DNA of 64,000 nt, taken from the NCBI GenBank assembly GCA_050084985.1, contig JBITNC010000001.1, positions 27,714,001 through 27,778,000 of the forward strand. The letters are read 5' to 3'. Positions 55,053 to 64,000 of the stretch are shown piece after piece. The notes under the pieces are model-generated. The model did no database searches. It was given only the letters and a program-made list of their open reading frames with translations, and was not told where the DNA came from. Every line of letters begins with the position of its first letter. Positions within the stretch are counted from its first letter, which is position 1. This DNA comes from Nageia nagi. Its lineage: Eukaryota > Plantae > Pinophyta. Made by a program: the position numbers and the translations under genes.

Positions 55053-56464
55053 ATTACAATATTTGATAGAAAATTGCATCCATGTGATTAGATGAATGCT
55101 ACCTTTTTCCATCATGTACATCTTAACTAGTAACATGGTTGAGATGATATTTATTTTTATGAATTAGGCATTTTGACTAGTGCAATAGTCAAGTTTACTT
55201 ATTTTAGCTTATTTTTCATCTATGCTATAGTATTTTTGACAGAGCACTTTAACCTCTTACTCAACATGTTTGTAAATAGATAAGAACTTATGGTTGTACA
55301 CCTTTGTGGTTAGTTTGCTTTGTATGAAGACCTAGTTGTAAATATTTTATGGATTTGATGTACACCTTTGTGGTTAGTTCACTTTATGTGAAGAACTAGT
55401 GGTACATTTTAGCTTTTTCCCACTCTGTTTGGTTCTCCATCTGTATGAACCTCATGTGTGCTTATGCGTTGGTACCATTTTCATCAAGGGGGTGAAATAA
55501 ATATGATGTCCAACTTCAATATCTATATCTATATCCTTCAACCACTTCAACTAGCATAAGATGATAAAGCTACATAGGATGGTAAAAGTTGCATAGGATG
55601 GTAAAGTTGGACTTATTGCTTAGGATGGTAAATTTGATATGGTAACATGTGGTTCATATTTCATTGGATATTATGCACATTTAGATATTAATATATTATT
55701 GATATACAAGCTCATGTATGATATATTTTATTTTAGTGCACATATGATATTTGTATGCACATGTGATATTATTAGATATCATATTGATGATGGATATCAT
55801 CTTTGATGCTATGCATTTATGTTTAATTGGAATCTTTCTATGTAGTTTTTAATCAGTGTATGGATTTGATTATTTGATTCATTTATGAATGAATGTACGA
55901 TTCAACCAACTAATCTTGTTTATGAGTTGCTTGTAGCATGCAATTTTCTTCTTATTGTAGGCTACTTACTTTAGTTGAACATAGTCATGGAGGTTCATCA
56001 TGTCAACTTGTTGTTGAATGATTACTACTTATACATTGAAACCATTTATGATTAATGATTGTATTGTAAAACTATTTGGTAAAATAGTTTAGTAGTTGGA
56101 CCTTGTAAAACCATCTAAATTCTATTATTTTCTCACAAGTTCTCATCTTCGATTATATTCTTATGGAGGAGAAGTCTCTTACTCTTTCTCTTTGTATTAT
56201 AACCATTCTACCACAAAATTGCATTAAAGAGGAGTGTTAGAAATTATAATGCACTATTGTGTAATAAATAGAGGGTTGTATGCTATAAATAGAGGGCTAC
56301 CCCCCTCTCATAACACACACTTGTAGAAGCATGGAAATGCTTGTCTTGTAGAGTTATAATAATGCCTTTGTAGGAGCTTTGTAGAATAATTCTTTAGATT
56401 TTGTAGGAGAGTTATCTTGTGAACAACTAATAGAATGATGGTTCAAAATTGGATGTACTCCCAT

Positions 56465-57289
56465 TGTTATGAACAAAGTTCCCAAAATAGCATAAAATCA
56501 AGATAGAAAGAGCTCAACGCCTTGAATAAGAGATAAAATCTATAATAAGCCACTTCGAGGGGGCAACCTCCTTTACATCACATCAATTACACAACAATAG
56601 ACGATATAAATGATAATACCTCCTTAGTATATATAGGAGTCCAAGGGGTGCCACTACAATGAAAGGACACTAGCCGACATAACAATAATAATGTCTGGCT
56701 GACATAATAATAATAATGTAAGGGAATAACAATAACCATAGTGGACTTATATGGGACACATAATAACAATATATGGGTTACATGAGTAGTATAGGGACCT
56801 AACATGCCCCTCTCCTTCAAAAAAATGTTGTCCTCAACATTTTAGTAGTTCTGGATGCTTCTGTAGAAATTTCTCATCTTCCCATGTGGAATATTTAGCC
56901 ATTACCATATTTTTACTTTCAACCTTCCTTGCCATCCTAAAATCCATCTATAAGGATGTTGGTTCAAATAGATGCACCTCATGTTGAATATTATCCTTTA
57001 AGGTTCCCATAAAGAGATCCAATAATCTATCATCTGGTATGTCATTCACTTTAAGACTCAACTTTTGAAATTGTTGAATGTGCTCCATCATCGAACCTTT
57101 TTGCCTTAGATTTTTCAATTGAGTAAAGAAGGAATTATTCTTAACATCCTCATGGTAGGCTATCAGTTCCTTTGTAAAAATGGACCAAGATATAATAGAA
57201 CCCTTTTTACTTTCACAAAACCATTGGTACCATACAACCTACTCAGGCTCTAGATACAAGGATGCAATAGTTACTTTTTGTGGTGTTGG
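56465..57289 (-). mobile_element. Deleted gypsy relic: 340-bp 3' LTR (56465-56804), PPT, chromodomain-like end joined to a gag fragment
   Basis: Minus-strand GAAGGAGAGGGG PPT before TGTTAGG; STWEDEKFLQKHPELL motif; LKNLRQKGSMMEHIQQFQKL gag-like segment. Confidence 0.7.
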
Positions 57290-57767
57290 TGTTAGAATTT
57301 GTAATGAAATATTGTGAACATCTAAACTCCTTGTAAATTCAATTAATCACTTAAAGGATATGTAGATACCTTAAGAGATTAATTGAATTCTTTATTATGT
57401 AGACTTTGACCTTACCATGTGGTTAGTTGGTAGGTTAAAGTTAGGTGATACATTTATTGTAACCCTAACCTTACCCTTGGGTTAAAGGGAGGTTAGGGAG
57501 GTGCTCTCAAGCTATAAATAGAGGGCCTCTCCTCTCGTAACATAACTAAGTTTTTGGAGTAAGATTACTCTACTAAGTTTGTGTAGGAGAGAAAGAGAAT
57601 TGTAGTAAGAGGTGCATAGATTGAGAATTGAGAACTAGTTGTGGATGTACTCCCAAAGAGGGAGGAACCACATTATATTTGTGTTATCTTGTGTAAATGG
57701 TGTTATGTTGAATGATTGAGTTTCCTAGTCTTGGACCTTAAGGATTAGAGTAGGTCTAATTCCTTCA
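57290..57767 (+). mobile_element. LTR related to those at 28217 and 44575 (solo or truncated)
   Basis: TGTTAGAA...TTCCTTCA with shared tataaatagaggg and gtggatgtact...ggaggaaccac cores; no clear TSD. Confidence 0.8.
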
Positions 57768-57874
57768 ATTGCCAGACTGAATTTTGCAGACTTCTTTCTC
57801 TCCATTCTCTAATCAAAATCCAAACCAAGTCAAATGGAAAGGGAGAGAGAGCACGTGTAGATGCAGAGCAATGA

Positions 57875-58093
57875 AGTCGGCTCACCCTTTCAATGTATTC
57901 ATTTTGTTCATATCCTGATATCATTGTAATGAATGAGACTGTATCTTGATGAGGAAAAAAAAATTTTGCAGGCCCTTTCAAGGTAACACCTTGGTGTATA
58001 TCCTGCGATCATGGTAATCCATGAAACTCTATCTGCATCATGCATCATGTCAAACAATTCGCGTGCCTTCCCTTCGCTTCCACATTTTGCATA
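57875..58093 (-). pseudogene. PLS-class pentatricopeptide-repeat (PPR) gene fragment
   Basis: YAKCGSEGKARELFDMMHDADRVSWITMIAGY, then (after a frameshift) DTVSFITMISGYEQNEYIER. Confidence 0.8.
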
Positions 58094-58708
58094 CGAAGGA
58101 CGTGGAGTTAGAGGCGATCGTGCGACAGAGGCCGTAGGGGTAGCTGATTTTACTCAGTTTTGGGCAGTTGCAAATATAATAAAAATTGAAATTTCTCCTT
58201 ATTGGATTGTTTTTAAATATCTTTCCCCCTTTTTAAGCTATGAAATAGCTATTATGAGACATGTAATGAAAAAAAGGGCTATTTGCAATTAAAAAAAATA
58301 ATTGTAAAATCATTTTGTATGGCTCTCATCATATATATATTAAAGAAAATACACCCTTTTTAATAAATGGCTTACAATATGTTATTTCTATATACTAACC
58401 TCTTAAATTATCAACATGTTTACTAGAGGATAGTAAAAAAAATTACCCATATTTTGCAAATAACAAAAAAGTTAACACATAGTTCAAAATGTGTTAGTGT
58501 CATAAGAACAAATCAAGTTTAATTATAACATATTATTACCATTTTGATCATATTTTGTAAAACTAATGTCCAATATCTCATAAAATATGTTAGTGTCTAA
58601 TGCAATAATCCATAAGATAACCAAATGAGGAGGAAATTTATACCTTCTCTTAGTTTTACCTCACCAATGGGGTGTAAGATGAGGAATGAAGAAGGATCAC
58701 CAAGATGT

Positions 58709-58834
58709 AGCTTCCACACCAAAAAGAAAAGCTTTCACACTAAGAAGAAGAGCTTTCACACCAAGAAGAAGAGCTTCCACACCAAGAAGAAGAGCTTCCA
58801 CACCAGAAGAAGGCTTTCACACCAAGAAGAAGAG
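58709..58834. repeat. 21-bp tandem repeat x6
   Basis: agctt(c/t)cacaccaagaagaag units. Confidence 0.92.
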
Positions 58835-60014
58835 GTTTGACTTTTTATGTCTAGGTCTAATTAACCATTTAAGGGATTTTACCTAAGTCTTTTTTAAGTA
58901 TTTCATGTTTTCTAAAAGGGAAACCTATGCTATTTTTAAGTAAACAAAGGAAATTTTTACTTAAAATATACATGCATACTTAAAAGACACTTTTTTTTAG
59001 CATACAAGTTTTAGAACTTTAAAGTAAAAAAAGGAGGGAATTTGTATAATTTTTACTTAAAACTTTATCTAGATCTTGCATGCTAAATTTGTAATGCATG
59101 CCTCTTAGTTTTGTTCGAGGAACAAAACATGCTTAGTACTTAAAATTTTAAGTTAAATAATGCATGATGCATGTTTATTACCTAATTTTTAAGTCATGGA
59201 ATAATGCATGTTTAAGTTATGGATTAATGCTAAGTTGTACTTAGCCTTTTTAAAATTCATTAAAGTGTTTAAATGAATTTATGAACTTGAGCAAAGTATG
59301 TAAAATGTAAAAAGTCCTTTAGGGGTTAGTACAAAACCCATTGGACTCTTAAGGTTTCAAGTTCGTGTGGATGATGTATTTTTACTTTACTTTATATTTT
59401 TGCACAATTGCTTTATACTTGCAAAACGCAAAATATTGAAAGTAACCCCTAAAATGAACACATCTGCATGTACTTTTCCACAACATGACTTGTTTGGGGA
59501 GCCACGAGGTGAGGATAGGGTAGATTGGAGCCTTTTTAGTCCGAAGAACCAAGTGGTGGTAAGTCCATCTTAATTGCCCCTAATACCTCTGTTGGATTGG
59601 ATATAACTCTATTAGGTGGATAGACATGTATGTAGTGATACCACATGTCCGCACGTCCATTCAGGGATTATCCTGATAACCTAGGAGGAAAACTGAAAAC
59701 CTTAAAAAGATAATTAAAATGGTCGATCCAAGATATGTCAGATCTTTGGAAAATAGTTGGTACTTCTCCTTGAGAGAGTATATTACTGACCAAGGTGAAC
59801 TGGTTGAGGACTGGTAGTACTTGGGCTCCACTCAGTGGGCATCCAGGTGAAGGCCTAATTCTATACAAGAAAACAACCCCAACTTTATCCTTCTACGTAT
59901 CTTGGTTTATAAGTTTGCACATGTGGGACATGTTTACTTATCAATGTTTTATTTGTATATATGGTAAATTATAAAAAAATTTCATTCTTATTGCGTATTT
60001 ACTTTTGTGTAGCA

Positions 60015-63000
60015 ATGGTTGAAACCTTCATACCCAAGCATATACTCGACGGTTCCAACTTTGGCATATGGGAACCTCATATGAAAGCTGAGTTACAAGC
60101 AAGGAAGCTATGGTAGATAGTTAATGAAGACTTGGTCGCTCCTACAGATGAGAAGGCTCTTGAAATATACAACTCAAAGAATGAGTTAGCAACTTCAATG
60201 ATTTATCGTGCAGTTTCAGATGACATCCTTCTCATGATCTCTTCTTCAACATCAGCAAAGGAAGCTTGGGATAGGCTGAAGAAAATTTACCTTGGGTCAA
60301 AATTTTCAAGGAAGTTCACCATTTTACAAAAGTTGTTGCAATATTGTCAAGGTGAAATGAAAGTACTTCTATCTACTTGAACAAAATCATTGACCTCAGG
60401 ACACAACTAGTTGGCTGTGGGTGCAACTGGATCAATGATGAGTTCATGGTCTTCATCATTCTTCAAAGCCTTTCTACAAAGTTCAGTAACTTTGTCACGG
60501 TTATGGAAACAAGGCTTGATGATGAAGAAGATGTCATCTCTCTTGATAACCTTTCTAGACTCCTTCTGAAGCATGAGGAAACTTTGAATAAGAAAATGTT
60601 GAACCTTTCTCCAAAGGATAATAACATTGCTTTAGGAGCAACCAAAACTCCTTTCAAGAAGAAGTTCAAACATTATAAATTCAAAGATAACAAATCCTCA
60701 TTACCTTCAAGAAGTATGAGAAAAAGGGCAACAATAATGGCAACTTCATGCAAAGGAATGACAAAGCTGGATCAAGCAATCCAACACCTAAGGAAAAGTT
60801 TGATGGAAATTGTAACTTTTGTGGCATCTTTGGGCGCAAAGAGTATGATTGTCATAAAAAGAAATTTTCCCAAAAAGGTAAGGGAAATGCACCAGTGAGA
60901 AATTTTAATAATAAAAAGAAGAACAAGCATGCTGCTACTGTTGCCTAATACTCAATGACAAACTGTTTCAAATGATTGGATTGTTGATTCAGGATGCACT
61001 AATCACATGTGTTATGAAAAGGATAAGTTTGAAAATTTCATAAGTACAAGAAGGATGCAGTTGTGATAGGTGATAATACAGTCCTTGATGTTCAAGGAAT
61101 AGGGAGTGTGAAGATTCATGGAAAGGTTCTTGATAATATCTTTTATGTGCCTAAACTAAGGATGAATCTCATCTCCGTAATTCAGATTACAAAGAAAGGA
61201 TACTCATTTGAGTTTACCTCACACTCTTGGTGTGTTAAGAAAGGACTTACCACCTTCATGAAAGGATCAGTAAAGGATGACCTTTATATTGTGGATCAAG
61301 TTCCTTCAAAAATGTGTCTTGCTACAAATGTTTGTTCAAAGGGTAATCTTTGGCATCAACGATTAGGGCACCTTAACCACAAGAGTATTCAAGATATGAA
61401 AACTCAAGAACTTATGGAAGGTTTACCTAATATTTCACCCACAATTGGTCTCTATGAAAGGTGCATTCTAGGAAATATGAATAGGCAAAAGTTTGAAAAA
61501 GATAAGGCAACTCGGGCTACTCGTCCTCTTCAACTTGTGCATTCAGATTTGATGGGTCCATTTTAGACTAAGTCTCTAGGGGGAGCTTCTTATGTTCTGA
61601 CCTTCATTGATGACTTCAGTAGGATGACATTTGGTTATCTACTTGAGCACAAGGATCAAACTTTTGACAGGGTTAAAGACTTCAAGGCTCTTGTTGAAAA
61701 TCAAACTAATTTTAAGATCAAAATGCTGAGATCTGATAACGGGGGTGAGTATAATAGCAATGAGTTTAACGACTATTATGTTAAACATGGGATCAAATGG
61801 CAATTCATAATCCCTTACACCCCTCAGCAAAATGGAGTTGCTGAAAGGAAGAATCGAACCATTATGGAAATGGCAAGGTGCATGTTGGGTAACCTTCCTA
61901 GTTTCTTATGGGGTGAAACTGTTCACACTGCTATTCACACCCTAAATAGGTGTCCTACTAAAGCAGTTGAAGGTAAAACTCTGTATGAAGCATGGACATG
62001 AAAGAAACCTAACCTCTCACACTTTAGGGTCTTCTGTTGTGATGCATTTGCCTTCATTACCTCAGATAAAAGGAAGAAGTTGGATAAAAGATCAGAAAAA
62101 TGCATCTTTGTGGGGTATGATAATCAGCATAGAGGTTACAGGCTCTACTCCTCATCCCATAAAATAGTCTTTATTTCTAGGGATGTCAAGTTCAATGAAC
62201 TTTCTGAGGATATGACCTCTCATGCTGAGGTGTCTGATTCAGATGATTCTTCACCTGCACCTAACTGGTTGGATGATCATGTAGGGAAGTCACCACAAGA
62301 GAAAAATTCTCCAGCTCAGAGAATTACAAGGAGTATGACCTTGAATAACTCTTTATTTGCCAAAATTGATAATATGAATGAGCCATCAACCTTCAAAGAA
62401 GCTTCCAAGCACGAGTGTTGGATGGAAGCTATGAAAGTTGAGTATGAGGCACTCATGAAAAATGAAACTTGGGATTTGGTTCCTTATCCCAATGAGAAAA
62501 ATGTGATTGGAAATAAATGGATATACAAGGTCAAGGACAATTCTGATGGAAAAATTGAAAAATACAAAGTAAGGTTAGTGGCCAAAGGATTCGCTCAAAA
62601 ATATGGTATTGATTATGAGGAAACCTTTGCTCCTATGGCCAAGATGCCTACTGTCAGGATAATCCTTGCTCTTTCTGCAGCTCAAGGATGGAAAGCCTTT
62701 CAACTTGATATCAAGAGTGAATTTCTCAATGGTGACTTGGATGTAGAAATCTACATGAATCAACCAGAAGGATTTATTCCAGAAGGTAAAGAGTCTTTAG
62801 TGTGCAAGCTTAAGAAGTCTTTGTATGGACTTAAGTAAGCACCTAGAGCATGGTACAAGAAAATTTCAAGATTCTTTACAGATATTGGTTTTTCCAAGTG
62901 CTTCTCTAACTCAGATCTCTATGTACTCAATCAAGGAAAAGATGTGGTCTTAATTCTCCTTTATGTGGATGATCTTCTCATAACTGGAAATAATATTGAA

Positions 63001-63927
63001 ATCATTCAGGAGTGCATATCCAAACTGAAGGCAACATTTGAAATGACTGATCTAGGTCTATTGCATTACTATCCTGGGATGCAAGTATACCAACACAAAG
63101 ATTGTACTTATCTTAGTCAATTTAAGTATATATCAGACATCTTGCAAAAGTTTGGAATGGAGGAGTGTAAATATACTACAATACCTATTTCTCCTAGAAT
63201 CATGGTATCTCTGAGCTCAAATTCTTAATTGGTCGATGCTATAGCTTATAGGCAATTGATCGGTAGTCTTCTGTATCTGACTATCTCTTGACCTGATATT
63301 GCCTTTGTAGTGAATCTAATGGCATGATTCATGCAAAAACCATATGTTGAACACCTCAATGCTATTAAGCACATCTTGAGGTATGTGCCAGGGATAAAGG
63401 ATCTTGCTCTTAAGTATTCCAAAGTGCCCTCGATTGTTCTCTTCGGGTTCTCAGATTCTGATTATGGGGGAGATAGAGATGATAGAAAATCAACCTCTGC
63501 ATATGTGTTCAGCATTGGTTCAGGTGTTATCTCTTGGGCTTCCAAAAAGCAACCTACTGTGACTCTTTCTACCACCGAAGCTAAATATTGAGCCATGTCT
63601 ATTGCCACCCAAGACGCTATTTAGATGAGGCATCTTCTAAATGAAATTGGGTATGAGCAAAATGGCCCATCTCTTATCTCTTCAGATAATCAATCGGCTA
63701 TCTCTTTGGCTAAGAATCCTGTATTCCATCAAAGAATCAAACATGTGGAAATCCAAGCCCATTTTATTAGGGAGAAGGTTCTAGATGACATCATACACTT
63801 GAAGTATTGTCCATCTACTGAAAACTCCGCTAATTTATTCACCAAGCCCCTTCCTGAAGCTCAATTCAGCAAGCTTAGGGATTCTCTCGGGTTGGTGAAG
63901 TTGCCCTCAAGGGGGAGTGAAGTTTGA
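60015..63927 (+). mobile_element. Degenerate Ty1/copia gag-pol with multiple stops and frameshifts; 5' region probably extends to ~58590
   Basis: SAKEAWDRLK; knuckle CNFCGIFGRKEYDC; WIVDSGCTNH; LWHQRLGH; RSDNGGEY; LYVDDL; FSDSDYGG; PPT AAGGGGGAG at 63909. Confidence 0.93.
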
Positions 63928-64000
63928 ACTTTTGTTAGTGATGACAAATTCACCTCTAAGAGGCCTTTTTTGTTGTTATATTCTATTGATTATGATATAC

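Larger units (their letters stand above)
44575..56464 (+). mobile_element. Degenerate, probably non-autonomous LTR element (5' LTR 44575-45049; 3' LTR from 56235, internally deleted and interrupted)
   Basis: tgttagaaattataa.gcactattgtgtaata and the TATA block are repeated at 44575 and 56235; PBS TGGTGTCAGAGCC at 45052; PPT AAAGAGGAG before 56235. Confidence 0.82.

Noticed and set aside
58709-58834. CRISPR-like array or SFHTKKK-repeat protein
   Set aside because: Head-to-tail 21-bp units with no spacers in a eukaryotic TE leader; the ORFs are a by-product of the repeat.

Overview
AT-rich, TE-dense plant nuclear DNA. Multi-kb introns and the TE families suggest a gymnosperm (inference). The only host gene is MSH3 on the minus strand: 10 exons from 25036 down to 945, continuing off the left edge. 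As written, it has two 1-nt frameshifts, in exon 1 and exon 2. Its 12.7-kb intron 7 holds a young Ty1/copia element (6929-12878, 252-bp LTRs differing at 2 sites) with an unusual 1.6-kb leader. The leader carries an extra Cys/His-rich, acidic ORF upstream of gag, a second synonymously recoded copy of the gag N-terminus, and a dense, oriented array of GACGTG/ACGT motifs. This is the best candidate for an undescribed system. Intron 1 holds a ~750-bp-arm inverted repeat split by a 3.1-kb solo LTR. The region 26-64 kb is nested, mostly decayed TEs: a retroposed insert, copia and Tat-type gypsy relics, a gag-only LTR element, two CACTA elements with TSDs, solo LTRs and a PPR gene fragment.
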